Shown in pieces: positions 12,146 through 24,292 of a DNA stretch of 64,000 nucleotides. The position numbers and the translations under genes are program-made. The notes under the pieces are model-generated. The model was not told the DNA's origin. It saw only the letters and a list, made by a program, of their open reading frames with translations, and did no database searches. Every line of letters starts with the position of its first letter. Position 1 is the stretch's first letter. Location: NCBI GenBank assembly GCA_963921275.4, contig OZ001293.3:1-64000 (forward strand), read 5' to 3'. The stretch is from an uncultured Hormoscilla sp. Its GTDB lineage: Bacteria; Cyanobacteriota; Cyanobacteriia; Cyanobacteriales; Desertifilaceae.

Positions 12146-13495
12146 ATGAACAATCAAGAAATTAAACTAAGGTGGAAAACGATCGCGGCTTTTGTAGCGC
12201 CCGCAGTACCGACTTCGGCACTGGGTCTGCCCTTAGTGGTGTACCTACCACCGTTCTACGCCGAGGAGATGGGACTGGGTTTGGCAATGGTGGGGACAAT
12301 TTTCATGATTACTCGGTTCTGGGATGTTTTCACTGACCCGGTTCTGGGTATTCTCAGTGATAAGATTAAAACGCGATTAGGACGCCGTCGCCATTGGATT
12401 ATTCTCTCAGTTCCCATTCTCATGCTTTCGGTCTACAGGGTATTTATACCCCAGAGTTCGGTCACCGGCACCTATCTGCTGGTGTGGATGGTGCTGCTTT
12501 ATATAGGTTACACCCTGTTGAGCATTTCTCACTTGTCCTGGGGCGCAGAACTTTCCCCCGACTATGACGATCGATCGCGAGTGCATGGTTGGCGGGAGTT
12601 CGCCCTGCTGTTCGGGATGTTAGCTGTTTTGGCTTTGCCAGCGGCGATGGAGCATTTCCTGGGGGCAAAAGTAGAAATTAAAATCGCCTCTATGGGTTGG
12701 TTCGTGATTATCCTGCTGCCCATTACCGTGGCGATCGCCGTTTGGATGGTGCCAGAACGTTCAGTACCGGATCCGCCCGGGATGCCTTGGCAACAAGCAA
12801 CCCAGATCCTATTAAAGAACAAACCTCTACAAAGGCTGCTGTTGGCGGATCTGCTGCTCGGCCTCGCCCCTGGCATTATTGGCTCACTCTACATCTTCTT
12901 TGTCAGCTACGTGATGGATCTGGCCGAAGTAGCCAGTCTGATGCTGTTAGTCTATTTCATAGCTGGTTTACTCAGCATTCCGGGTTGGATCTGGTTCAGC
13001 TGCCGACTGGAGAAACACCACACCTTTGTCATTGCCATGATTTATGGATCTATAACCCTGCCCATGCTACTATTAGTCGAACCTGGCAGGTTTAGGTTGT
13101 ATTTCTTTGCTAATGGCCTTTACGGTTTAGCTTCCGGGGCCGGGTCATTCCTGCTGCGATCGATGATGGCGGACGTTACCGATTGGGATAACCTAGAAAC
13201 GGGGACCCAGCGTACAGGTCTATACTTTTCCTTGTTGACCCTGACCAATAAGATCGGTTACGCTGCGGCAGTAGGCATCACCTACCCGATGCTGGACTGG
13301 ATCGGTTTTATCCCTAGCGGGACTAACACAGCCCAGACCATTGAAGGGCTCAAATATATGTTCATCTTCCTGCCCATACCACTGACGCTGTTAGCAGCGT
13401 TACTGATGTGGAACTTTCCCCTCAATAGTAAGCGACAGCAGGAATTGCGTCGCCTGATTGATGAACGGGACTCTGCCAAAGCCCCTGTCAAATAG
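12146..13495 (+). CDS. MFS transporter, glycoside-pentoside-hexuronide (MelB-like) family
   Basis: About 12 TM segments; RFWDVFTDPVLGILSD..KTRLGRRR; SMMADVTD..GTQRTGLYF. Confidence 0.85.
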   Translation: MNNQEIKLRWKTIAAFVAPAVPTSALGLPLVVYLPPFYAEEMGLGLAMVGTIFMITRFWDVFTDPVLGILSDKIKTRLGRRRHWIILSVPILMLSVYRVFIPQSSVTGTYLLVWMVLLYIGYTLLSISHLSWGAELSPDYDDRSRVHGWREFALLFGMLAVLALPAAMEHFLGAKVEIKIASMGWFVIILLPITVAIAVWMVPERSVPDPPGMPWQQATQILLKNKPLQRLLLADLLLGLAPGIIGSLYIFFVSYVMDLAEVASLMLLVYFIAGLLSIPGWIWFSCRLEKHHTFVIAMIYGSITLPMLLLVEPGRFRLYFFANGLYGLASGAGSFLLRSMMADVTDWDNLETGTQRTGLYFSLLTLTNKIGYAAAVGITYPMLDWIGFIPSGTNTAQTIEGLKYMFIFLPIPLTLLAALLMWNFPLNSKRQQELRRLIDERDSAKAPVK

Positions 13496-14199
13496 TTAGT
13501 GATGGTTCGTGGTTCCTAGCCGATCTTACCATGAACCATCCATACTTCTACCGCAAGGCATAAAGGTTGAAATTCTCGTAACCATTTAAAAAGGGTTCCT
13601 GCTCCACTGTAATCTTGCTGAACCCCTGTTCTTTGAGTAAAGCTGTTATCTTTTCGACTCGACGATCCAAATCGTGGACTTCCATCACGATTTGCTTAAT
13701 TTTTTGCCAATCGCGATCTTCGATACCTAAAAGCACATCTAACTCGCTTCTCTCCACATCCACTTTGAGCAAGTCAATCTGCCAAATATTCTGCTCGCTG
13801 ATAATTTCCGATAGCGTTCTCAACTGGCAGGTTACTTGCTCCATTTGAAAAGCTTTTTCTAGTTTGTTTTCGATAATAAGCGATCGCAGGAAGGGAGGAA
13901 GCCAACGAAGCCAACGAATGGATCTCGGGGCTTCGTTGAGATTATTAAGAGCCACCTTCTTCATCAAGTCTCGCTGCTCTTTTGAATCATCCGGGTAGAT
14001 GGTAGACCAACCAGTACTGTTAGGATAGTAAGCAAAAATCATAGTCTGAGAATGCCGTGAAAGTCCGCAGGGAAATAGCTTTATTTTTCCTGGATTAAAT
14101 CGTTGGACATTGCGCTGGAGGACTTCAAAAGTTGCTGGCATAGGTTCAAATGCATAGATGTTGGCATTGTTCTTACACAACTGACATACGAAAAGTGTA

Positions 14200-15034
<835 letters not shown>

Positions 15035-15181
15035 AACAACCCAATGTTAGCCCCAACATCAAACACTGTGTCCCCTTCCTGTAACTTAATTCCATTTTCA
15101 AAGTACAGGGGCATTTATTCGTAGTTAAAATACACTTTATCTTGATTTTGGTAAAATATTTTTACCCCATTAGGAAGTGTA

Positions 15182-16016
<835 letters not shown>

Positions 16017-16184
16017 ATTTCCGGAATTAAATCTCGCATATATAGATGACCGATACAACAACAAACTGGCTACCAAATTAAGCCGGTACAGCCCAAGATG
16101 CAAAGCTTTCAGCCCATAGGGATAGAGGCCGAACTCTTGGGCAAAGTTGTGCCGCTTTACGCTGATACCCAACAAACTTGACCC

Positions 16185-17456
16185 TTAGCGTAGCACGGGC
16201 TTACCCGTAGATGCCACCTGTTCGATGATATCAGCAGCTCTGTTCACCCCGCCCGATCGCCCGATCGCCTCTTGTAGCCTCAAGGCATTCTGTTTGTATG
16301 ATTCTTCCCTCAGCACCTTCATAATAGCCTTTCGCAGCCTGGCCGCGCTCAATTTCCTCAAGGGGACAACCTCCCCACTCCCCGTCTAAGCTATACGCGC
16401 TGCTACTCCTGGCTGATCGTTGGTAACCGGAATGGCCACCATCGGCACTCCATTCTTCAGGCATTCCATAGTTGTATTCATTCCCGCATGAGTAACCATG
16501 AGAGTCGCTTGTTTGAGAAGTTCCAATTGAGGTGCATACTCAACCACTAGTGGATTTCCCGGCAATTCAGGTAGTAATTCTGGTTTAGCGGAACCCCCCA
16601 GAGAGATTACCAATTGAGCATTTAATCCCTCACAAGCTTCCGCAATTTTCTCAAATACCGCAATCAGGCGATTTTGCAAGGTTCCCATCGAAGCGTAAAT
16701 CAAAGGTTTCCCTGTCAATTGCTCATAGGGGAAAGGGACTGGTTCTCTACTAGCCGCAGAATGGTAAGGTCCAGTGAGATGGAACCACTGGGGCAAATTT
16801 TGCCTGGGGAATTCAAATTCAGCAGGCGCTTGACTCAGTTGAGCCAGTTGAGAGTAATTATCATTGGGATGAGAATGTCGGGGTAAGTTCCACTCCCGAC
16901 GATAGGATGCGATCGTCTCTATAACTGGTTTCGCTAGAAGCTTCAATAGCTCATTCCCCATGCGGTTGCGTAAACCCGCTCACCCAGCCTGGCCATACTG
17001 CCAGAAAGTGTAACAAGGAGGAACTGCGGGATCTAGATTCAGCACCGCTGCACTACACACAGTAATAAAGGGAATATCTAGATAGTCCGCAACAGTTCCT
17101 CCCTCCGTTGCACCTTGGTTGACTAGCAAAGCTTCAACACCCGCACCTGACATCTGTTGTGGACCATCCCTAAGCATAACTGTTGCTTCCAGCTTGAGCA
17201 GCTCAATAGTATATTGTAATGCAGCCAGGCCCCTCAGTTTCCCTAGTTGGGCATATAATTCTGCTGTCGAGCCCGCCGGAAACTCTTTGGCTCCAATTGC
17301 CTGGAATTCTAAGGAAGCTGTCAATGTCTTAGGTTGAGCATCGAGTATACCGAATAGGGTGACGCGATGACCGCGCTGTTGAAGTTCCTGCCCCAAGGGA
17401 AGCATGGTGTTCAGCGGACCTGTATATCCAGGACATATAATACCAAAATGAGTCAT
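16185..17456 (-). pseudogene. UDP-glycosyltransferase (GT1/MGT family) with two nonsense codons
   Basis: Paralog of 18427-19707; stops at 16980 and 16386 where the paralog has Trp; YASMGTLQN and THAGMNTT motifs. Confidence 0.9.
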
Positions 17457-17476
17457 GTGCTTATCTGTTTAAACTA

Positions 17477-18348
17477 GGGCGTGTCATCAATTAAGCCAGA
17501 CGACAGCGGCAGCGAGGTAGATAGCACCTAAGAAATTGCGAGCAGTTTTATCGTAGCGTGTCGCCATGGCCCTGTATTGCTTGAGTTTTTGGAAAAATTT
17601 TTCGATGATATGCCGCCACTTTTACATATCTTCATCATATTTTCTCTGCTCTGTGCGGTTGCTTTTTGGGGGAATGACAGCCAAGCAATCCGCCTCAAAG
17701 AGGCGGTCAAGAACAGGTTCGGCCGCATCATAAGCTTGATCAGCAAGCAGCGCACCGATCTCATGAATGTTATTTAACAGCACGTCAGCTCCTTGTAAAT
17801 CGTGGGCTTGGCCAGGAGTAAGATGAAATCCTGTGGGATTGCCCAAGGCATCGCAAGTGGCATGAATCTTTGTCGATAGTCCTCCTTTGCTACGGCCTAT
17901 TGCTTGGGTTTCGCACGTATCTGAGGGTGTTTTTTTTTGGCACCAGCACGCTCGTTGATGGGCACGCACAATAGTTGCATCAATGGCGGCGTATTCGTTG
18001 TCTGCGTCTTCGGCTAAAACATCGAAAACCTGCTTCCAAACCCCCTTTTGAGACCAACGAGTATGGCGGGTATGAATGACCCGAAAATCGCCAAAACGTT
18101 CTGGTAAATCCCGCCAGGGAATTCCAGTTCGATAGCGATATAACACGGCTTCAACAAATAATCGATTGTCTTTGGCCTCCGTGCCGGGGTCCCCCTCTTT
18201 ACCCGGTAAGAGGTGTTTGATCCTTTCCCACTGATCCTCTCGCAAGCCATAGCGTTTCATCTCATGCCCACCTTGTTATTACTGGATATCTAAATACTCC
18301 ATACCCTATTAATCGACTTCTGTCAAAAAAATGATTAATGACACGCTC
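17477..18348 (-). mobile_element. IS5-family insertion sequence (IS427-like), transposase frameshifted near its C-terminus
   Basis: Terminal inverted repeats GGGCGTGTCATCAAT / ATTAATGACACGCTC flanked by TA; ORF has RTGIPWRDLPERFG, IDATIVRAHQ, GRSKGGLSTKIH. Confidence 0.9.
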
Positions 18349-18426
18349 TAAACTAGGATGTCGGATTGGGATAGCGGATGTGAACGGCATCCAATTCTGC
18401 TAGCAGGTCTGGATCTAGCTTAACAT

Positions 18427-19707
18427 CTAATCTGTTGTCGCCAAGACTGGCTTCCCCGTAGATGCCACCTGTTCGATGATATCAGCAGCTCTGCTTACCC
18501 CGCCCGATCGGGCGATCGCCTCTTGTAGCCTCAAGGCATTCTGTTTGTATGATTCTTCCCTCAGCACCTTGATAATAGCCTCTCGCAGCCTGCTGGAGCT
18601 CAATTTCCTCAAGGGGACAACCTCCCCACTCCCCGTCCAAGCTATACGCGCTGCTACTCCTGGCTGGTCGTTGGTAACCGGAATGGCCACCATCGGCACT
18701 CCATTCTTCAGGCATTCCATAGTTGTATTCATTCCCGAATGAGTAACCATGAGAGTCGCTTGTTTGAGAAGTTCCAATTGAGGTGCATACTCAACCACTA
18801 GTGGATTTCCCGGCAATTCAGGTAGTAATTCTGGTTTAGCGGAACCCCCCAGAGAGATTACCAATTGAGCATTTAATCCCTCACAAGCTGCCGCAATTTT
18901 CTCAAATACCGCAATCAGGCGATTTTGCAAGGTTCCCATCGAAGCGTAAATCAAAGGTTTCCCTGTCAATTTCTCATAGGGGAAAGGCACTGGTTCTCTA
19001 CTAGCCGCAGAATGGTAAGGTCCAGTGAGATGGAACCACTGGGGCAAATTTTGCCTGGGGAATTCAAATTCAGCAGGCGCTTGACTCAGTTGAGCCAGTT
19101 GAGAGTAATGATCATTGGGATGAGAATGTCGGGGTAAGTTCCACTCCCGACGATAGGATGCGATCGCCTCTCGAATAGGTTTCGTTACATAATTCGATAA
19201 CTCATAACCCAGACAGTTGCGTAAACGCGCCCACCCCGCCGGGCTATACTGCCAGAGGGTGTAACAAGGAGGAACCGCGGGATCTAGATTCAGCACCACT
19301 GCACTGCAGACAGTAACGAAGGGAATGTCTAGGAATTCGGCCACAGTCCCGGACTCTCTTGAAACCTGGTCTACTAGGAGTGCTTCTACACCTGCTTGTT
19401 TGATTGCTTCTGGGGCTTCCCGGAGGCGCATCATAGTCTCCCGCCCTAAGGCACCGACGGTATATCGCAATGCAGCCAGTCCCCTCAGTTTCCCCAACTG
19501 GGCATCCCTTTGGGCTGCCCACCCGAGTGGAAACTCTTCCACTCCAATTGCCCAGAATTCCAATCCTGCTGCCACTGTCTTTGGTTCCATATCTAGGACT
19601 CCAAATAGGGTGACGCGATGACCCCGCTGTTGCAGTTCGTATCATAATGGGGTGATTGTGTTCATGTGACCAGTTGAGCCAGGACATATAATACCAAAAT
19701 GAGTCAT
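18427..19707 (-). pseudogene. UDP-glycosyltransferase (GT1/MGT family), frameshift near N-terminus
   Basis: MTHFGIICPGSTGHMNT start at 19707 is out of frame with the 387-aa body; PSPG-like C-terminal motif APQLELL..THSGMNTT..DQPGVA. Confidence 0.85.
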
Positions 19708-19731
19708 ATGCTTGTCAAGAGTAAATTATTA

Positions 19732-20769
19732 CTAGGGTGTCGGGTTGGGATACCGAATGTGAACGGCATCCAGTTCTGCTAGCAAGTCTGGATCTAGCTT
19801 AACATCTATACTGCTGATATTTTCCTGAAGTTGTGCCATTGTCGTGGCACCGATTATCGTGCTGGTCACGAACCAACGCGATCGCACGAATGCCAAAGCC
19901 AACTGAGCTGGACTTATCCCATGTTGGCGGGCAATCGACCCATAGCAATGCACCGCCTCTGTCACATTTTGTTTCTCATAACGCTGACCAAATCCCGGGA
20001 ATAAAGCCAACCGGGAATTTTCCGGTATCCCGTTCAGATATTTTCCAGTCAACAGGCCAAATGCCAAGGGACTATAAGCCAGCAACCCCACATTATTGAA
20101 CCGACAAGCTTCTGCCAAGTGAATCTGGAACTGGCGATTAGTCAAGTTGAAAGCATTCTGAATCGATACTACCTTGGGTAATCCCAGCTGCCCGGCCAGA
20201 TGACAAAACTCGCATACTCCCCAAGGGGTTTCGTTACTCAGCCCTAGATAACGAATTTTACCAGCTTTAATCAAATCGGCAAATACTTCTAGCTGTTCGG
20301 CTATAGGAACAGTATTCCGTTCCTTAGAGGGGTCGTAATCCGGGGTCCCAAATAGAGGCACGTAGCGATCGGGCCAGTGAATTTGGTAAAGGTCGATGTA
20401 GTCGGTGCGCAGGCGTTTGAGACTATCGGACACTGCTTGTTCAACATTAGCGCGATCGACCCGACGTTTATCCCCGCGAATCCAGGGAAACGCTCGACCG
20501 GCCCCTGCCACCTTAGTGGCGATAATCAGTTTATCTCGCTGCTGCTTAACCAACCACTCGCCGATATATTCCTCAGTTTTCCCCTGAGTTTCCCCTCTTC
20601 CAGGCACCGGATACATTTCTGCCGCATCAATGAAATTGATTCCTTGGGCAACGGCATAATCCAGTTGCTCTCTGGCCTCCTCTATGGTATTCTGCTGACC
20701 ATAGGTCATTGTGCCCAGACATATTTCCGATACTAATAGGTCGCTATCCCCCAGTTTTTTGTATTCCAT
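19732..20769 (-). CDS. tas: NADP(H)-dependent aldo/keto reductase (Tas-like)
   Basis: ICLGTMTYGQQN, FIDAAEMYPVP, DLYQIHWPDR, GLSNETPWG. Confidence 0.85.
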   Translation of the reverse strand: MEYKKLGDSDLLVSEICLGTMTYGQQNTIEEAREQLDYAVAQGINFIDAAEMYPVPGRGETQGKTEEYIGEWLVKQQRDKLIIATKVAGAGRAFPWIRGDKRRVDRANVEQAVSDSLKRLRTDYIDLYQIHWPDRYVPLFGTPDYDPSKERNTVPIAEQLEVFADLIKAGKIRYLGLSNETPWGVCEFCHLAGQLGLPKVVSIQNAFNLTNRQFQIHLAEACRFNNVGLLAYSPLAFGLLTGKYLNGIPENSRLALFPGFGQRYEKQNVTEAVHCYGSIARQHGISPAQLALAFVRSRWFVTSTIIGATTMAQLQENISSIDVKLDPDLLAELDAVHIRYPNPTP

Positions 20770-21039
20770 CAGCCTGTTTACCCCTTCATACCACTATATT
20801 TATCTACCTTGCTCATTTTAATACAAGATTATCCTCGCTCGCAAATTTTTCTCCTCGCCGTTATCAACCCTGGGCAGTTTCCACTAGGGGATATACCCGA
20901 TATCCTTGGGTGCATCTCAGTTTTGAGCAATTGTTAATTTAGAATTGTTATAGGTGCTATTTTCCATTCACCATTCACCATTCTCAATTCCCACATTATA
21001 ATGCAAAAATGCATTGAGATGCTCCCATCTCATTTCTGG

Positions 21040-21591
21040 CTACCTGACTGAGTATGCTGCACAACAGTATAACAGTTCGTCCACTTTGTCCAAACTGAGA
21101 TCTTGTCGATCTGCTAAGGCTTTAATATGCTTAGCGATCGTCTGAATTTGGGAATTGTCTAAATCCAGCCCCAATTGCCTAGCCCTGGCAGCAATTGCAT
21201 GTTTGCCTGTCAGCTTGTGATTAATCGACAAGGTGCGCGTCAGATCGAAATCCTGGGAATCGATGATTTCGTAAGTCTTGGAGTGATTGAGCATCGCTTT
21301 GGTATGAATGCCAGCTTTATGATTGAAGGCCGCTTCCCCGACAATATAGTGGTTGTAGGGAATCGTAATTCCCACTTTCTCAGCCACCAATCGATGGACT
21401 GCTGACAGTTTCTTCAGCCGATATTTCCTATGCAATATTTGCGAATCAACCGTATAAAGGCGGGCAATCAGTCCTGCTAGGGGCGTAATCCCATTCCGTT
21501 CGCCAATGCCCAAGACTGTCGTATTGATGTGGGTAGCACCCGCTTCTAGGGCTGCGTAGCTATTAGCGATCGCGCAACCCGTGTCATTATG
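21040..21591 (-). pseudogene. C-terminal half of a homocitrate synthase/LeuA-family enzyme
   Basis: HNDTGCAIAN, GIGERNG, AFNHKAGIH; the N-terminal DRE motif region is absent. Confidence 0.75.
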
Positions 21592-22110
21592 ACCGAGCAT
21601 TCCCAACTATTTGACCAACTGCAATTACATTTGCGCAGTCAAATTCGCGGGTTCCAAAGTTTGACTGTTAAAGCTAGAGGGTGCCCTGGAAAAGTGATGA
21701 CTTTCTGGCGGGAACAAGGGTGCGATCGGGAATTAAGCCTGGCCGACTTATCGGACGGAAGTCTGCGTTTAATCTGTTGGTTCAGTCTTTGCCTGCACCC
21801 CAACCCGCCCTCTCTGATTTGTATCGACGAACCCGAACAGGGCCTTCATCCCCGGACCTTCCCAATTCTAGCGGCCTTCTTGGATAAAGCCTCCTGGGAA
21901 CACACCCAGATTCTTGTAACTTCCCATGTGTCATTTTTTCTCCTCCAGTTTGATTTTGAACAAATTGCCCTCCTCCGAAAAGAAAATGGGGCAGCTAAGT
22001 TCCTGAAGCCAGCTAAATCCAAAATTATAACAGACATGATAAAGGACTTTGGAATCGAGGAAATTGAGTTAATGCATCGTAGCGATGAGTTGGAGGTGCT
22101 GCCATTATGA
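21589..22110 (+). pseudogene. C-terminal half of an ABC-type (AAA_21-like) ATPase
   Basis: LSDGSLR signature, Walker B ICIDEPEQGLHP, H-loop VTSH; no Walker A. Confidence 0.75.
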
Positions 22111-22823
22111 GAGTCGTGATTTATGTGGAAGGTTTCTCTGACGAAAGTGCAATGAAAGCATTGCTAGCACCTTTAATTGCCGAAAAATTACAGCAAGGTA
22201 TCGTAATTCTCTTTGTTTCTGTTAAAGGGAGTGAAAATCAGAGGGGAGGTGATGCTAAAAAGGACTTACTGCTCAAGATTCCTGTCAAGGCAGTCAATAT
22301 GATCCTTAACGAGCCCAATGCAGTTGTTGTGGCCATTCCCGACTTATACCCGAAAAATAAGGGGTTCCCTCACGAAACCTTTGCGAAACTGAAGAAGGGA
22401 ATGATCGATAAGTTTCATGAAACTTTGCAAAGTCGAGGGTTGGGAGACGATCCTCGACTTACAGAGCGTTTTCAGGTATTCTGCTTTAAGTACGAGCTGG
22501 AAACCCTCATCCTTGCTGCTGAGGCGCAATTAAAAACCTTCCTTGGAGTCAATTCCTTGAAGGTGACATGGCAACTGCCAGTTGAGGATCAAAACCATGA
22601 TCTCCCCCCCAAACAGGTTGTCAAGAGACTTTTTGCTAGTTGCGGTAGACCCTATAAAGAAGCTGTAGATGCTGCCAATATCTTGAGGAATGCTTCCTAT
22701 CAAGATATTGCCGTTAGCGCAGCGCGGCGCCAGCCGTTCGCTGTCCTCAATGCTTTGGGCCATTTGTGGAGTTTCTGTCAGGGTTGGCAAATGTTTAGCC
22801 CACCCGAAACCCGGTTTCTCTAA
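22107..22823 (+). CDS. DUF4276-like (TOPRIM-like) protein, C-terminus frameshifted by a 23-nt insertion
   Basis: VIYVEGFSD, DLYP, YELETLILA; overlaps the ATPase stop (ATGA). Removing 22714-22736 restores RCPQCFGPFVEFL. Confidence 0.65.
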   Translation: MRVVIYVEGFSDESAMKALLAPLIAEKLQQGIVILFVSVKGSENQRGGDAKKDLLLKIPVKAVNMILNEPNAVVVAIPDLYPKNKGFPHETFAKLKKGMIDKFHETLQSRGLGDDPRLTERFQVFCFKYELETLILAAEAQLKTFLGVNSLKVTWQLPVEDQNHDLPPKQVVKRLFASCGRPYKEAVDAANILRNASYQDIAVSAARRQPFAVLNALGHLWSFCQGWQMFSPPETRFL

Positions 22824-22926
22824 GTACCCGGGTTTCTTAGGCCACAATGGTTTTAATATAACTTCTAACCCAAATATTCTCTCCATGCTTCTTTCTGCTA
22901 TGCTATATTCATTACCAAATCCTAGA

Positions 22927-23040
22927 TTACAAGGGCAGGTATTGGACGTAGTTTGCACAGTCTTCAGGATTACAGGCTTTAGCAATCAGTTCCAAGTCTC
23001 GTATACAATCACCAATATAGACATGGGATTGACGTAGTGA
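22927..23040 (-). pseudogene. C-terminal remnant of a DUF5615-like PIN toxin
   Basis: Reads IGDCIRDLELIAKACNPEDCANYVQYLPL*, recognised from memory as a typical C-terminus of that family. Confidence 0.45.
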
Positions 23041-23214
23041 TTTGACTGCGGTCCCGTGTCCCCGCTGGGGGCCAGTTGGGGCCACAATCTGGGTTTTCGG
23101 TAATCACTACTTGTGACCCATTACCTTTAACAGAAGCAACGATGTGATAATCTAAATTGAAAAATTATGTGCGCTTTTGTGTGTAAATCTTATTCTGGAA
23201 GAGTCTCTAAGGGA

Positions 23215-23680
23215 GTCCCTGATTCAGTCGGGGAAGTCCCTGACTACTGAGGTGAACTGTCGCACTCATTCGGAGACTTCCTGAATCATTCGGGGAAGTC
23301 CCTGAATCATTCGGGGAAGTCCCTGAATCATTCGGGGAAGTCCCTGACTACTGAGGGGAAGTGCCTGACTACTGAGTGGAAGTGCCTGACTACTAAGGGG
23401 AAGTGCCTGACTACTGAGTGGAAGTGCCTGACTACTGAGTGGAAGTGCCTGACTACTGAGTGGAAGTGTCGCACTCATTCGGTGAAGTGCCTGACTACTG
23501 AGGGGAAGTGCCTGACTACTGAGGGGAAGTGCCTGACTACTGAGGGGAAGTGCCGCATTCAGTCACTGAAGTGTTTACTACTAACCCGCAAGCACTTCAG
23601 TGCTTACTACTAACCCGCAAGCACTGAAGTGCTTACTACTAACCCGCCTACAAACTCGCAAGCACTCAAGTGCTTACTCG
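23215..23680. repeat. Mosaic 21-bp tandem array (17 units, 23215-23570) followed by about three 29-bp hairpin units
   Basis: Units such as GTGCCTG-ACTACTG-AGGGGAA and GTCCCTG-AATCATT-CGGGGAA, then GTGCTTACTACTAACCCGCAAGCACTGAA units. Confidence 0.95.
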
Positions 23681-23707
23681 CAGTTGTATAGAACAAGAGA
23701 CAAGATT

Positions 23708-23788
23708 ATGAATGATTACATTCCCAAAAATGATGCCGAGTATACTTCCTGGCAGGCTAACTTCGTTGAATATGTATCTGTAATCTGA
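23708..23788 (+). pseudogene. Truncated N-terminus of an MxDYIPxND-family protein (paralog of 32384-33049)
   Basis: MNDYIPKNDAEYTSWQANFVEYV versus MTDYIPRNDAEFSNWLANFISYI. Confidence 0.85.
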
Positions 23789-24280
23789 TATCATATCCGG
23801 TGAAATGTAAACCGTCTGTGTCCCTTGACAAGTATGATATTAACTCGTATCTGTCAAGGGACTCAGGAAAATTGTTTATATTTCTCCAGCAAGCGAGCAG
23901 CTTCGGCTACTTCTTCTTGAAACTCTTCCAATGTCATGCTATCGTCAAAGGGTGAAATGTCATACTCGCTCATTAAGTCTAACACCTGTAAGCGGGAAAG
24001 CGAGAGCAGTCTTGCTGCACGTCCGCTACTGATATCCCCTTGTTGCAACAGCGACATTATTAATGCTTCTTTTTTTTTGCGATATGCCTCTAACCAATGG
24101 GCTTCTGGTATGCCACTCACCGGAATGCTGAATTCAACTTGCATCGGTGCTTCTCTGATTTCCATAGTTTTTCCCCTCCTATCTGATATACTAGATTATA
24201 TCCGGTGAAATGTCAACCCTATGAGTCCCTTGACAAGTATGATATGATTATATAGTATCTGTCAAGGTACTCGGGAAAAT
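23783..24280. repeat. Pair of ~90-100-bp direct repeats (23783-23871, 24181-24280), each with an internal inverted repeat
   Basis: ATATCCGGTGAAATGT...GTCCCTTGACAAGTATGATAT...GTATCTGTCAAGG.ACTC.GGAAAAT occurs twice. Confidence 0.85.
23863..24165 (-). CDS. UPF0175-family (HTH, antitoxin-like) protein
   Basis: LLQQGDISSGRAARLLSLSR..LDLMSEYDIS pattern. Confidence 0.75.
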   Translation of the reverse strand: MEIREAPMQVEFSIPVSGIPEAHWLEAYRKKKEALIMSLLQQGDISSGRAARLLSLSRLQVLDLMSEYDISPFDDSMTLEEFQEEVAEAARLLEKYKQFS

Positions 24281-24292
24281 CAAGGAGAAAGC

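Noticed and set aside
23215..23680. CRISPR array or TIGR-like guide array
   Set aside because: Units are contiguous and drawn from a few recurring modules; there are no unique spacers and no cas or Nop-domain gene nearby.
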